A DNA stretch of 63,355 nucleotides, filler included, from Chiloscyllium plagiosum (GCF_004010195.1; 6 parts of one record of this genome joined end to end with filler, not necessarily neighbours in it); one strand, 5' to 3'. Shown: positions 37,601 through 51,677, counted from the first letter of the whole stretch. Translations and numbers: made by a program. Notes: generated by a model not told the origin, from the sequence alone.

Positions 37601-38079
37601 CATTTACAGTTTTGTCATGATATTCAGTGCGAAAGAAAATAAAAATACTGGCCATACTGACTAATACAGCAATCGTGTCAGCAGCACATTAGATGATATT
37701 GCTGTGCTGGTGGAGAATGAATCAGAGGCATAATAGCTGTGGGAACTGGGGCCCTTGCCAAGCACTGACTGTGCTGTCTCTATGTTACAAATTGACTGGT
37801 GGAATATATGGCTATTTCTTCTTTCATGTATAAGCCTACTGCAAAAGAACTGTGCCAGACAAGCATTTAAATATTTTTGCATCAAACTTTAATGTGTTCA
37901 AAGCCTGAAATGGATACACAACATAGCTGACTAAATTCTACACCTTAAGAAATGAATACAGGGATATTGTCCCAATTCTGTGACCCTGTTTTGCATTGCT
38001 ACGCATTGGGGAATTCATTCCCTACATTTTTAAAAAGTCATACTACTGAGTAGGATTATTACTTGTTTAAATTTCAATA

Positions 38080-38810
38080 TTTATCCTTTAGGGTGATGAC
38101 ATCACTTGCAAGGCATTTATTGCTCAGTCTGAGTTACTGTATAAGCTGGCAGTGTGATGTCCCCTTCCAGCATTAAATTCCACATGAGGAGAATGCTCCT
38201 ACGTGTTCTTTTCAGTATAGAGTTCCAGGACTTGTACCTAGCAATGATTAAGGAATTGTCTTGAATGTCAAAGGCAGCATCATGTCTGATTTAGTGAGGA
38301 ATGTAGGGATAATGGTGCTTCCATGCAACTACTGCCAATGTTTTTCTGGGTGGTCAGTGTTGGGAGGTCATAAAGAAGAAGGACATAGCAAGATGCTGTT
38401 GAGGCTCCCATAAATAATCCACAATGTAACTGCAAGACTTGACTGTGGAGGGAATGGATGTTTAAGCTAATGGTTTGGGTCTTTGTCCAAGATGCTGTTG
38501 AGTTTCGTGAGTGCTGCTGCAGCTACAAGTATTCAGACAAATGGAGAATATTCTGTTACACCTTGACTTGTGCCTTAAAAAGGTAGTGCTCTGGAGGTCA
38601 AGAGGTTAATTATTCACCGTAGAATATCCAACTGCTAAAATGTTATAGTAACCACAATGTTTTTCTGGTCAGTCCAGTTGAGTTTCCAGTCTGTGATGAC
38701 CATGGAATGTCACAATGGGTGACTCAGTGATACTAATGCACTGAATCTCATGGGGAGACAATTAAATTCTTTCCTCAGTGACATAGTCACTGCATGGCCC
38801 TTGTTTGATA
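38080..38810 (-). mobile_element. Highly decayed CR1/L2-group LINE 3' fragment
   Basis: Weak colinear similarity to 19185-19900. Confidence 0.5.
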
Positions 38811-38815
38811 CCAAA

Positions 38816-41420
38816 GGTGAAATCTTCTCTGGCCCTGAATGATGTGGGCTATAGCATCGTGTGAGAAATCCAGCAAGGCCCATCTTGACATCAAGACCAT
38901 CAAGTCCAGAACGTTTTTGGACTTTAGAGTGACTGGTGAAAAAACTATTCATAGGGATTATTACCCTCATTATTAGTTGGTCTCATCTCCCCCACTCCCC
39001 TCCTCCCCAACATGCACTCTCCTATTCTACCACCCACAGGATAAAAACTGCACATTAAGAATCCTTGACCTGAAAGTTTGAGCAGGTACCTGGTGTCTTC
39101 ATCTTGTCACTTGTTCCTCCAAATCTTGGTCTCCTGGCACCATTTCAGGGCACACTGCACGAGCCTTGGCATCTCATACATTGTATAGGATGGGCTGAAG
39201 GGCTAAAATTGTTGATGATATATGGCAGCTGTGTAACCTTGAATGAGCCCTATGAACATTCCTGTAGGTACTGCAGACCGTGCAACAAAACTTGCTTACT
39301 GTACTTGCAAGCAACTTGTTTTCTATATTTGCTTTTCTGTGCTGGCTGTTTGTTACACTGTATAAGAGAGAGTTTTGTTCCAAGTCGTCAGACTTCGCCT
39401 TGGACAGGGATCGCAAAGGGTGCCAGGGGCAAATCTAATCCTCCAGGCCAGCCATTGATCGAGGGGTCCCCAATGTGCAGGAGAGTGTGAGGCTCACTGC
39501 TTTCTTTGACTTCCTTTTTCATCTTTTTATTATTTAATAGATGGTCATGTTTCAGTCTTCTTTCCCCCTTTCATTTCCATTTTTTATTATTACTCAAACA
39601 TTGATATTTAAGGGAAATGCTCTTGTTATTGAGTCTTCTCTTAACTACAATTAACCGAATCCAAACAGAACCACTTGGATACACTCTATGATCCAAGACA
39701 TACATATAAGTCTCAGCGCATCATCATGGCACATCTCTGTTGCACTTACAGTGCACTGCAGTACTTTCATTCTGCACTTTGAAGTTCACTGGCACCTATC
39801 ATTGCAATGTAATACAAGGATACTGTGCCCAGTCATGGATGGATGAGGCTGCAACTTAGAGCAGCTCACCCACTCTCTTCGCACTCTCTCACTTTACAGC
39901 TATCTGGATGCTTACGGCATTGCTGCCTTGCTTTGCCCCTCAGCCAGAGCTAACAGGCTGGCAGTAATCTGTACAGCACCAAGCTACACCAATAGTTCAC
40001 TTGCACATGTGCCAACAGTACACACGGCGAATACATTGCATGTCCCTGAAAGTCCAAGAGGAGTAGAATCTAAGGAAGGTATCCTTCAGTCAGGGAGTCT
40101 GAGCACAGTAAGTCAAGGAGAACATCCAACATCAGTCTAAGGCCTTGGCACAGTCATTGGGCCTTCCAAGGTGGTCAGGGTCAGGAACATCTCCTCCTCT
40201 GAGGGAGTAAGGAGATGAATGCTGGGCACCCACCACATGTCTTGGCTTTCTCTGGTCTATTTTAGGCTTTTTACTCCTGGAATGAGAGGAGGATTAATTG
40301 AGATGAAAGTGGGTGGCCCAGCTGTGTGTTTTTAAAAAATGTATTCATGGGGGTATGGATGTTACTGGCTGGCCCAGCATTTATTGCTGTTCCTAATTGC
40401 CCAGAGGGCGGTTAAGAGCCAATCACATCACTGTGGGTCTGGAGTCACATGTAGGCCAACACGGCATTAGGATGGCAGGTTTCCTTCCCTCAAAAACATT
40501 AGTGAACCAGCTAGATGTTTTCTGACAATCAGCAATGATTTCATGGTCACCATTAAACTCCTATTTCCAGATTATTATTGAATTCAAATTCTATCATCTG
40601 CCTTGGCGGGATTTAACCCAGGCCCCAAGAACAACCCCTCAGTCTCTAGATCAATAGTCTAGCCATTAACACTACTAGGCCATCACCAGTTAGTGCTGGT
40701 ACAAGTGGGGAGAAGATGAGGAGGGGTCCCAAGTGAGTGTCTAGGCAGCATATCGGTCACGCAGGCTTCATGGATGGGGGATTTGGCGAGGTAAGAGTGA
40801 CTGAAGCAGGCAGCAATGAGAGTCGTGGAGCTTGAGTTTTAGTGGGGATTGTGTGCAATTGTGGACAGAGTGTGAGCGTGAGGCAGCAAAGGCAAGATGG
40901 TGGCCCTCAGCCTGTTGAAGTGAACAAGGCCATTGAACTTCTTTCTACATTGATGTACATTCCTCCAAACAGCTGAGACTGCATTAACCGGAATTGTAAC
41001 CTTGGACAGGGTCTGATGTCGTGGCTTCCTCTGTTGCTCCTTTGGGAAGAGGATAGCCCTCCTCTGCATCATCCCATCCATCCCATTCAGATCCCTGTCC
41101 AAATGTCAGGGCCTGTATCCGGGGAAAACGTTACAAACCATGCAGGGAAGCGCACTGGCAAACATTGCCTGACCAGGTGCACAACAGCCTTTTAAAGATG
41201 GCACCGATGCCAGGGATCCTGAGATAGCCTGGCAGTGGTGAATATTTCAGGCAATGGTGAACAGGGGATTAGACTAACATCAGGCAAGAAACACACATCG
41301 TAGGAGTATTGTAGATAGTTAATAAAGCGAGTTTGGAATGATAGCATGAGAGAATTTGCTCGGCCATGCTGGGAGAAACTCTCCATGAAATTCAAGGAAA
41401 AATCTGGTAAGATTCAGCCC
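38816..41420 (-). mobile_element. PIF/Harbinger-derived DNA transposon remnant with a Myb/SANT gene
   Basis: ORF 40839-41102: DRDL...QRRAILFP...VNAVSAVWRNVHQCRKKFNGL (trihelix/Myb); second-exon-like remnant (..EKAKTCGG.. then, after a frameshift, ..LLTPSEEE) at ~40190-40270 after a pyrimidine-rich AG; terminus GGGCTGAATCTTACC (reverse complement) ending at 41420. The left boundary is uncertain. Confidence 0.55.
40330..40690 (-). mobile_element. tRNA-derived SINE whose 3' tail matches the old LINE family
   Basis: Head GGTGATGGCCTAGTAG...GGGTTAAATCCC; tail gggcaattagga...aataaatgctgggccagccag; homologous to 54125-54480 and 62950-63230. Confidence 0.7.
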
Positions 41421-42884
41421 AAATCTATGGAAGCATAGATTTTATTGTCATCTGAGGAATTACAAATGAAGCCAATAAAACAGCCTCACTTCTGATCTTA
41501 CAATGGAACAAAGATCATTTATGAAGAAGCTCAAGGTGTTTGAATCAATATGAAATTGTCCTAAAGACATATGCAGGGATATTTTAGGGATGAGAAGATT
41601 GGCTTTTAACAACCACGACCAGTTAATTTTCTGTTGCATCTTTTTCCATTCAGAGAATGGAGAGTGTTTTCACTCGATTCGGTTTTATTTTCAATTTTAC
41701 TGGAGCTCCTTACGGACACCCAGTCACATCAGGCCTCAGTGTGAAGTAGTCACTTTACATTTCATCTCTCTTTTTTCTTCACAGAAGTTGAATGTAAAAA
41801 TCTTTAATAAAGGGATTCAAGACATCCTTAACAGTAGCATGTATCATCATAGCACATACTTCCAATATAACTTAATAGCACGAGAGCTCATCTGAGTGCA
41901 CAACCAGTTTAAAAATCCAATCAAACTTCTTAATTGGGCCATCTCTTAACTAATTTTAAATAATCTTTCTGTGAGGACCTGGCTTGACATGTTGGGATGT
42001 GAGTAACTGTCTCCAAATGAAAGCACAAGGGGTCCAGGGTAACTTGGCAAAATGAATCCAAAATTGGTTTAGTGATAGGAGACAGAGGGTGGTGGTAGAA
42101 GGCTGTTTGCCTGAGTGGAGGCCAGTGTCCAGTGGTAAACCACAAGGATCAATTGCTCATGATATATATATAAACAATATAAAAGATAAGGTGGGGGAGG
42201 GGATGGGGTGGGGTGCAGTGGTGGTGCAATAAAAATGTTTACATTTCACACAAAGATTCACTGGGTAGTAACAAAGAGGAAGAGGGTCTTAGGTTACAGG
42301 AAGATATTAACCAGTTGGTCAGATGGGTAGATCAGTGGCTGATAATATTTAGCACAGAAAAATGGGAGGTGATGAATATTAGAAGAACTAACAAGACAAG
42401 TGAGTATTCAATAAATGACAGGACACTAGGAAGCTCAGAGGAATACAGGGATCTTGGGCTGCTTGCCCACAGATCCCTGAAGGCAGCAAGACAATTTATT
42501 AGGGCAGGTTAAAAAGACACACAGAACACTTGACTTTATCAGTTATGGCATAGGTTATATGAGCAGGGAGGTCATGTTGGACCTGTAAAGAATGTTGGTT
42601 AGGTCACAGCTGGAGTACTGTGCAGTTCTGGTTGCCAGGGAGGATGTGATTGCACTGGAGATGGTACAGAGGAGATTCACCAGGATGTTGCCTGGGTTGG
42701 AACATTTTAGCCGTGAAGAGAGGCTAGATAAGATGGATTGTTTTGTTTCGAGCAGAGAAGGCTGAGGTGGGTTATGATTGAGATGTATAAAACAATAAGG
42801 GGCATGAACAAAGGTGATGAAGAAGCAGTTGTTCCCCTTAGTTAAAGGCTGAATTACAAGAGAGCAAAATTTTAAGGTGATTTG

Positions 42885-43815
42885 AATTGATATGGTTTAT
42901 TGTCACCTGTACCTAAGTACAGTCAGAAGCTGTATTTGTGAGCAGTACAGGCAGATCATAGTAAGCAAGGACACACAGATCATAGGATGCTAGACAGAGT
43001 GAGGCACACAGGTTACACTGCACAGGAGGTGAATGAAGCAAGATCAACAATAATAAGATTAACATCAGATTAGATTACATTACAGATTAGATTAGATTAG
43101 ATTAGATTAGATTACATTACATTACAGTGTGGAAACAGGCCCTTCGGCCCAACAAGTCCACACCGACCCGCCGAAGCGAAACCCACCCATACCCCTACAT
43201 TTACCCCTTACCTAACACTACGGGCAATTTAGCATGGCCAATTCACCTGACCCTGCACATCTTTTGGACTGTGGGAGGAAACCGGAGCACCCGGAGGAAA
43301 CCCACGCAGACACGGGGAGAACGTGCAAACTCCACACAGTCAGTCGCCTGAGGCAGGAATTGAACCTGGGTCTCAAGCGCTGTGAGGCAGCAGTGCTAAC
43401 CACTGTGCCACCGTGCCGCCCACAAATTAGAGTCCATTCAGCAGTCTAATAATGGCAGGGAAGAAGCTGTTCTTGAACCTGTTGGTACATCCGTTCAAAC
43501 TTCTGTATCTTCTGCCTGATGGGATAGGTTGTCATGGAGCATTACTGGGGTTGGAGGGATCTTTGATGTTGGCAGCCTTTCCACGAAAAAAAGCAATGAG
43601 ACATTTAAATGAAGTCCATGGATAGGAGATTGACTTCTGTGATGGTCTGGCCTGCACACCTGACCTTCTGTCTTCTCTTACGGTCCTGGGCAGAGCAGTT
43701 GCTGTACCAGAACTGTTAGGCATCTGGATAGTATGCTTTCTACGGTGCATCTGAAAATGTTGGTGAGGGTCCTTATGGACATGCTGAATTTTCTAAGCTA
43801 CCTGAAGGGCATGAG
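42885..43815 (-). mobile_element. Rex1/Babar LINE 3' fragment containing a nested HE1 SINE
   Basis: Reverse complement encodes PSGRRYRSLNGCTNRFKNSFFPAIIRLL, the typical Rex1-clade C-terminus. Confidence 0.7.
43067..43421 (-). mobile_element. HE1-type V-SINE, young copy
   Basis: Near-identical to 16656-16972; long (CTAAT)n tail. Confidence 0.9.
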
Positions 43816-44094
43816 GATTTGAGGGAAAATGTTTTCACCCAGAGAGTGAAATACCTGGGATGGCAGTAAAGGTCGGAAACCTCACAACTCTTAAAAAGTA
43901 CATGAATGAAATTTCATGCCAAGTCCTGGAAAACCGGACTAACAGTAGTTTTAATTGGTGCAGATGTGATGGGCTTAAGGACCTCCTCTGTGCTGTATGA
44001 CTACATGATTCTAAGATTTTTTATTCAATGTCATTCCTGACATGTTCTGCTTAATATCTAATTCTATGTATTTGCAGGCATCTTCCAATCTTAA

Positions 44095-44416
44095 TTAGAT
44101 TAGATTAGATTACTTACAGTGTGGAAACAGGCCCTTCGGCCCAACAAGTCCACACCGACCCGCCGAAGCGCACCCACCCATATCCATTCCCCTACATTTA
44201 CCCCTACATCTGACACTATGGCAATTTAGCATGGCCAATTCACCTAACCTGCATATTTTTGGACTGTGGGAGGAAACCGGAGCACCCGGAGGAAACCCAC
44301 ACAGACACGGGGAGAATGTGCAAACACCACACAGTCAGTCACCTGAGGCGGGAATTGAACCCGGGTCTCTGGCGCTGTGAGGCAGCAGTGCTAACCACTG
44401 TGCCACCGTGCCACCC
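44095..44416 (-). mobile_element. HE1-type V-SINE
   Basis: tRNA head, V-domain, CR1-like tail. Confidence 0.9.
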
Positions 44417-45284
44417 ACAACCAGACACCCCAGATGTTATCAATTTAGTTATCACATGTTACTCAAATTCCATAGATCTTCCCCACAGAAAATCATCATA
44501 AAGGTCCCTGCCAGTTTCTCTTTATGATACTAGTAGAACATTGCTGGCTCTAATTGAGAAGTACCATACCCTCGGTCCATCACTCAAATTTTATATTTAA
44601 TTTCCAAAGCTTCTCTTCTAATCACCTGTTGCTTCTGATGATTTCAAAGCTGCTTCCCTTTAAAATTTTTCACCTCGCCAAAATGCAGCTTTTCTGCTGC
44701 TTGACTTGTATTCCAAGAAATGTTGCTGCAAGGTAAAATCTTCAACATTATTTTTCTTGCGTATTGACCACTGAGTTTGTCTTCAGAACCCTGAGTCTGA
44801 CTTTAGCCTTTAATATCCCATTACAGAGCACCTTTTCTGCACATATCTATTTCCATGGCAAAACTGTTTCTTATCTGGTGCATACATTAAATTCTTTCCA
44901 GGTCTATTGGTCTTTTGTTTGGCATTCTTAATCAATTTATCTTCCAATTTGTTTGTGACCACTAGGAATTCTCAATCATAAGAGATTCCAATTCTTGTAG
45001 TTTTCCCAATTTTTCACAACACAATGAAATTAAAACATTCCATAGCCCCTTACTCTTGTCAAACTATGACCTCAAATAAATCTGCTGCCCTATGATCAGA
45101 ATCCTTTTCAGAGATTCCTGACCTGTTCCTGGGGCCATGTTCATTTGTGGTACATTTTCAGAACTCGTCCTCTGTTTTCTGGTTTTCTACATCTTTACCT
45201 CTCTTTGCCTCCTGTCCTTCAAATTGTAAATTTAGCCAAGTTTTGGATTTTTCATCACTGCCTATAACCTTCATTGAATCTTAC

Positions 45285-45600
45285 ATAGGAATATGGGAAC
45301 AAAGAAATAGGAGTAGACTAATCATCCCATCAATCCTATTACACCATTTAATATCATCATGAATGATGATACCTTTTTCCTACACTATCCCCATTACCCT
45401 TCATGCTGTTGATAATTTAAAACTGATCAAACTCTACTTTAAACATACTGAGTGCCTGAACTTCCTCAACCCCCTGGGCTACAGAATTCCAAAAGTTTGC
45501 AAGTCTCTGATTAAACAACAGATTCTCCTCATCTTGGACCCAAAGGATATTCCCTTAGTTTTTAAATTGTGGCCCTGGTTCTAGATTCCACAACCAGATA
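45285..45600 (-). mobile_element. Old CR1 3' fragment
   Basis: ataggaatatgggaacaaagaaataggagtag tail and decayed C-terminal coding remnants. Confidence 0.6.
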
Positions 45601-46705
45601 CAAAAGTAGTGTCTGTAAATTAATTATTCACAAAGTCTAGAATTGGTTATTCAAAAGTCGTCAGGAACCATTGCAGTGACTACTTGGCGGTTTTCAATGG
45701 TTTAATTTTACTATGTTGTGAATACAGAAGTAGAAAGACTGCTTTGGTTTGGCTCTCTGCTTCTGTGTCAAAATAATATCCTTAAATTCATCATTGGCAA
45801 ACTCCAGCCATGGGCACCTCCACCCTAGTTGTCATTTAGAATTTTAGCCAGTGCCCTGACCAGTTCCAATCCATTTAGCTGTGATCTTGTCCACTATTGC
45901 TCCTTTCTCTTTATATGTTTTTATAGACTGACCAAATTTAGTTGCCACCTCTTAAAGGGCAAGATAAAAATGTCCTTTTCTCATTCCATACCCTCAAATT
46001 CATTGCTATAACTTTGTTAAAGACTTTTGCTAATGGAAGACTCAACATGGGTTGTGATAGTACTTTTGTTCTTTAGCTTTCATTTATAGCAAATTATCAC
46101 TCAGGTCACTTTGATAAGCTCAGTGTTCTCAGTATCCCTTATTTATACTTCCTTAAGTAGGAGTTTTAACCTGTGAGAATATGGATAGGCAAATTGCTGA
46201 TGTAGCTTTAAAATCATTTGTTTTTTCTTCCTTTAAACTTCCATATCCTGATGTCAATATTTTATCATATTTTGATTGAGAAGTTATGTCTTATTAAAGG
46301 AATACAGTATACCTGACTTGTGTGTGCTGTATATCCACGGATTTGCCAAAACCAATTGCATTATCATGTTCCAGGTCCAGCTTCATTTGCATCTGTTTCA
46401 CAGTCTGCTCAACAGAAATCTTCGACCTAAAAAGAAATCTTAGTTTCTAAACTTCACATTGAGGCTACCATTCTCTCTATCAAATATTAAACTAGAGCCA
46501 AGTCAGTCAGTGCGATAGAAACCAGAATATCTTCCTTTTTTAAAAATCAATCAGGTACACCCCTGGAGCAGGTGAGAACTACATTTGAATATTCTAGCCC
46601 AATAGTGTACTACCACTGCATCACAAGACCCTTTTAGATATTTTCCTTTATGGATAGATTTTATTAATTATTTAATCTTACTATTTTCTGATCAACATGG
46701 TCAGT

Positions 46706-46851
46706 GATAGAACATGGAACAATACAGCACAGAACAGGCCCTTCGGCCCACGATGTTGTGCCGAACATTTGTCCTAGCTTAAGCACCTATCCAATTGCCG
46801 CTTAAAGGTCACCAATGATTCTGACTCTGCCACTCCCACAGGCAGCGCATT
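46706..46851 (-). mobile_element. CR1 3' end
   Basis: atagaacatggaacaatacagcacagaacaggcccttcggcccacgatgttgtgccgaac. Confidence 0.8.
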
Positions 46852-46951
46852 NNNNNNNNNNNNNNNNNNNNNNNNNNNNNNNNNNNNNNNNNNNNTTAAT
46901 TAATTAANNNNNNNNNNNNNNNNNNNNNNNNNNNNNNNNNNNNNNNNNNNN
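46852..46951. other. Artificial 100 bp contig linker
   Basis: 44 N + TTAATTAATTAA + 44 N. Confidence 0.95.
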
Positions 46952-47132
46952 CAATTTAGTATGGCCAATTCACCTGACCTGCACATCTTTGGACTGTGGG
47001 AGGAAACCGGAGCACCCGGAGGAAACCCATGCAGACACGGGGAGAACGTGCAAACTCCACACAGTCAGTCGCCTGAGGCGGGAATTGAACCCGGATCTCC
47101 ACTGTGCTAACCACTGTGCCACCGTGCCGCCC
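46952..47132 (-). mobile_element. HE1-type V-SINE 5' part, cut by the linker
   Basis: tRNA head with a small deletion, followed by the V-domain. Confidence 0.88.
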
Positions 47133-47171
47133 ACTACAGTACCTTTTACTATTCTTCACTGAACACTGCAA

Positions 47172-47310
47172 TTCATTGGCGACCTTTAAGCGGCATTTGT
47201 ATAGGTACATGGATGGGTACTTAATCTAGGTTAGAAGTTCGGCACAACATCGTGGGCCGAAGGGCCTGTTCTGTGCTGTATTGTTCTATGTTCTATGTTC
47301 TATGTTCTAT
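47172..47310 (+). mobile_element. CR1 3' end
   Basis: gttcggcacaacatcgtgggccgaagggcctgttctgtgctgta followed by (TTCTATG)n. Confidence 0.85.
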
Positions 47311-48091
47311 ATGAATCATGATTTTCAGGGACAGAGCAGCACAAGTTGAAAAGAATATTTGTTAATCTTTTGTAAGCAGTTGAATGCTGAAACCAAATTC
47401 TTGACCAGTTGGAACCGCTTCTTATGAGGTGCAAAAGATTATTTAACATGTGTCTTAGCACATCTCACAGGAACATGTCAGACTGTCTCACATATTACTT
47501 TGAAGTACAGCTGGATCTCAAATTAATCATACATTGATAACAGAAATGCAGCTTTTTGACCACATATTTGTGTGGTGTTTGCACTGTGACTAAATTATGT
47601 CATGTTACTAAAAATGACCTACTTTATTTATCATCAGTTTGCAAACATGTTTATCTTCTGAAGCTAACTCATATTTTTGAAATGACAAAATAAAATGTAA
47701 AAAATTGAAGTAGCCTCATGTCAGGATTAAATCAAAATCTTTAAGCAGAGAGCATGTGTTCTGTAACTTTCAGCATTTCCTTCTAACCTTCATTTAGTGA
47801 TTCCTATTTGCTCTCAGTGGGTAGTCCTATTGACGAATAGCTGGATTGAGAAGATGAGAAGATGTATCTGATCTGGAGTCTTGCTGAATATGGCTTTTGA
47901 TTATGAGGGATCACAGTATGTTACTGTGAATTTTGAAATCCATACCCTACTTCAATATTTTGCATTCAGGGTTTAAGTATTAATTAAACAAACTATGCGA
48001 CAAAAAAAGGGAAATGGAACGAATGCGATTTATTTGGATTTTCAGAAAGCATTTGATAAGATATTAGATATGTGTAAAAGTAAAAATTGAA

Positions 48092-48395
48092 ATCATAGAA
48101 TCCCTACAGTGTGAAAGTAGGCCATTTGGCCCATAGGGTACACTGACCCCATGAGGAACATCCCACCCAGACCCATCCCCCATTTTATCCTTTAACCCTG
48201 CATTTACTATGGCTAATCCACTTAATCTGCACATCTTTGGATAGTAGGATGAAACCAGAGCACCCAGCGGAAACCCACACAGACATGGGGAGAACATGCA
48301 AACTTCATATAGACTGTTGCCCAGAGGGTGGAATCGAACCTTGGTCCATGGTGGTGTGAGGCAGCAGTGCTAACCAGTGAGCCACTGTGCCACCC
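48092..48395 (-). mobile_element. HE1-type V-SINE, older copy
   Basis: Head GGGTGGCACAGTGGCTCACTGGTTAGCAC...GGTTCGATTCC, V-domain, GGGATTCTATGA tail. Confidence 0.85.
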
Positions 48396-48659
48396 AGTAG
48401 TAAAGGAGAATGAAAAGGAATCCTGTTGAATTGAATGAAGTCCTGACAGGACTGGACAGACTGGATGGCAGCAGTTTATGTGGTAAACACACTGCATGCA
48501 CAGCAAGCAAGCTATCAGGCACCATAGTGTAGGGGAATAGACCTCATCGAAGTCCATGGGGGCACCTGGAGGTCAGGGGGCTGGCACAGTAGCCTCTGAT
48601 ATCTCTTGGTCTGACAACAGTCAGGCGTCCAGTTGGCGTGCTCTCATTCAGGGGGTCTG

Positions 48660-48995
48660 TAGAATAGAGTAGCTTTTTATTTGTCATTTCTACCATGTAC
48701 AACTGATGCAGTAAAAACGAGACAGCATTCCTCTGCTACATGGGCAGCACATGGGCAGCACAAATTACACGATCATACATGGCATAAAATGCTGAAGAAG
48801 TGCAAAACACGCAAGTTACAGTGTAATAGAAGAATGATAAATAATAAACATTTTTCCAGCAGCAATTCGAAGTCGTGCAAAGAATTTCAGATGGGAAAGA
48901 GTCCGAACATACTGTGTTAAGGAGCCTGATAGCTTGGGGGAAGAAAATGTTGCATAGTCTGGCCATGAGAGACCGAGTGCCTCTGAAGTCCAGGG
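48660..48995 (-). mobile_element. Rex1/Babar LINE 3' fragment
   Basis: RSLMARLCNIFFPQAIRLLN. Confidence 0.65.
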
Positions 48996-49689
48996 AGTGG
49001 GTCATGGTCAGTGTTGTGACTCTACAATGACTAGTCCAAGGGTAGGGCTGATGTGTTTGGTTGATATCCTGGCTTCAGGGATGGGGCGTGGGGACCAGTG
49101 TTTAACGTGTGATAACATGGTCCCTTCATATGCCATGGACTGTGAGGGTGGATAGGTGGGAGGGTACAGACTAATACTGGGCTGTTGGATGGGCACCTGT
49201 GGAGGTGTGAAGTCTATCATTTTTATGGGAAGGATTATCAAGAAGGGAATTTGATGCTTGGTCTATCAATCATATAGGCAGAGGCACAGCAGCTTTTTAA
49301 AAATGGGGCAAGCACAAGGACTGGCAGTCTTTTATGGTGGATATCCATTTAGTGGCATGTCATTTTGGAAACGGCACATGGTAAGGTCGGGATAGAGTTG
49401 GATGTGATATGCTGTTAAAGTTCAAGTTTGACAGGTTCTGTCTGGAAGTCAAGAATGATTTGCAAGTGTCATTATTAAACATCACACAGATAGACAGTGC
49501 AGTGTGAACCAAGCACACCCACCTCACTGATATTTGTAAATAAATATTTGTTTTCTAAAATCATTATTAAAACATACTTGCAGCACTTTCATATTATTTT
49601 GTATTATTTAGCATTATAATTTAGATGGCAGATCTGTGATTACGAATTCATTTGACAAAGGGTCATTCAGCCAACATGTTTAAGGATGG

Positions 49690-50130
49690 CTGCTCCATGC
49701 CTGCATTTATCCTAAGGATCCCACATGCTTCTCAACATGTTCTGTCACTGTGTGAAAGATCAAAGTACATCAACTCCCAGGTGTCTCTGTTGCTGCATCT
49801 CTTTATTGCTGTAACATTCAGTTAATATTGTCCTTTCTCTTTCTTCCTACCAAAATGCAACTCTTTACATTACTCTGTCTCAAGTTGCATCTGCAATATT
49901 TCCAGCCATTTCACTGCTTTGTTTATGTCCCCTGAAATCTTGAATATTTTCTGCAAACATTGAAATGATATCCTGTATGTCCAAGTCCAGGTCATTAAGA
50001 AAAATCAAAAAGAGCAGTTGTCCTAATACTGACCCTTGGGGGATATCATTGTACATCTTCCTATAATTTCTATTTGCCAGTTTCATATCCATGTAGCTAC
50101 TGTGTCTATAATCCTGTGTGCTTCAATATT
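49690..50130 (-). mobile_element. Old CR1 RT fragment
   Basis: DIPQGSVLGQLLFLIFLNDLD...SMFAE. Confidence 0.75.
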
Positions 50131-50829
50131 CCATGATTCCATAAGCTTTTCGTTAGATCTACGAGTATCTTCTTTCGTCACTGTTACAAAATGTTGAAAT
50201 GCAGCCCATTAAATAATACCTAACATTGCAACAGTCCTATTATGTGTGCATGTGTATATATAGTAATGGGTTTCTTACTCTCCCTGCCTTCTGAGAACGT
50301 ACAAAGAGTTTTCTTGTTCAATATGCCACATTTTCCTGTGAACTTTAGTTAGTTTTATTATTATTCAGAGAAACATTGCAGACATGATGGGCCAAATAGC
50401 CTCCTTCTGTATCAAAACATTTTTGTTTTGATTATAACCATTAGTTAAACTTTGGAGATATTGTTTTCGATGAGATTCGACAAGATTCTGTCCATTTAAA
50501 TTTTTAGCATTGTCCTCGCTCTTTGGGCGGTGATTGAAACCTGAATATGTTATTTAAGTAATTTTTAAGACAAGTTTCATCATTATGGTAACATATAACT
50601 GAAAATGAATATTATTTAGAATTCATGCCCATCTCTCCCATAACACCATGTGTGGAAGTTGACATTGCCATCCATAAGGTTGGGTTTAGAGGAGGATGGA
50701 TGGGGGTAAAGGATGTTGGAAATTCAGGAGGCATGATTTCTGCTTCTATGATTGGTTTTCACTTCCAATTCTCTTGGCATTTCTTCACCGATAAACATTT
50801 TGGGAAGGTTGTACTCATTGGTTGGAACC

Positions 50830-51520
50830 TGTGGGACACTAGTCACAAGGATTCTCCCACAGTAGATGCAGGTGAAGGCATTGACACTGTTGGGGACCAT
50901 TAGATATATCCCTCTCCTCCTTTTCTCATTTAGTCTCTTCTTCATTCAGTTTCAAAGGTGTCTGTAACACTCCTGATGTAGAATCTCCTGGTGTCACTGA
51001 TGATAATCCGTGTGGCAGACGGGGAGGTTCTTGAATGCATGAAACGTTTGTGTAGGATCCCCTGGTTACATTTCCCAATGGTCAGTTCTCTGAACAACAC
51101 AGCATTGGGCAGACTGTTGTATCCATCTGGAAAATGCAATCCACCCAACACAGTTGGCTTTGTAGGAGAATGACCTCAATGCCGGTGATGTTGGCTGTTT
51201 TCAGGCCTTGTGCGTTTTGAGGTGGTCTTGCCAGCAGGTGAAAATACAGGAGACATAGTTCTGCAGCATACAGAGGGGTGGTGAAGAGTACGGCTTTGTA
51301 TCATTTGAGATTGATTTGTATTGTAAGGCTCAGGTTGCTCCACAATTGTTTGTAGACTCGGCTGAATGTGCTGCAAGCTTTAGAAAGCTTATTGTTCACT
51401 TTCTTATCTATGGTGGATTCAAATGCAAGAATATTCCCAGTAGGTAAATTGTGTGATGATGCCAGGAGAACAAGTGCAGACATGATCAGCTGAATGGTGC
51501 CAGGAGAAGCCTGCAATAGT
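50830..51520 (-). mobile_element. RTE-clade LINE 3' fragment
   Basis: TIDKKVNNKLSKACSTFSRVYKQLWSN, LPNAVLFRELTIGKCNQG and a terminal FTCIYCGR zinc-finger-like motif. Confidence 0.7.
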
Positions 51521-51677
51521 AGCTTTGTTTATTTATTCTTTTATGTCGTAAATGTATGTTCTGTTGTTAAAGAACATCTGCAGCCTTGTGTGAGTGTGTT
51601 TTGGTGACTAAAAATACATTACCTTACTGCATGATCTCTCAAGCCAGCTTTCATTTGACCATCTGTGACCACTTGCT

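Larger units (their letters stand above)
41990..44012 (+). mobile_element. Degraded CR1 LINE interrupted at ~42881-43815
   Basis: LQEDINQLVRWVDQW, KWEVMNI, RDLGLLAHRSLK; 3' tail ctgtgctgtatgactacatgattcta at ~43990. Confidence 0.8.

Noticed and set aside
46706..47310. Two CR1 3' ends in inverted orientation around a SINE, resembling a composite TIR element
   Set aside because: An artificial linker lies between them, so adjacency is unproven, and both are very common repeats.
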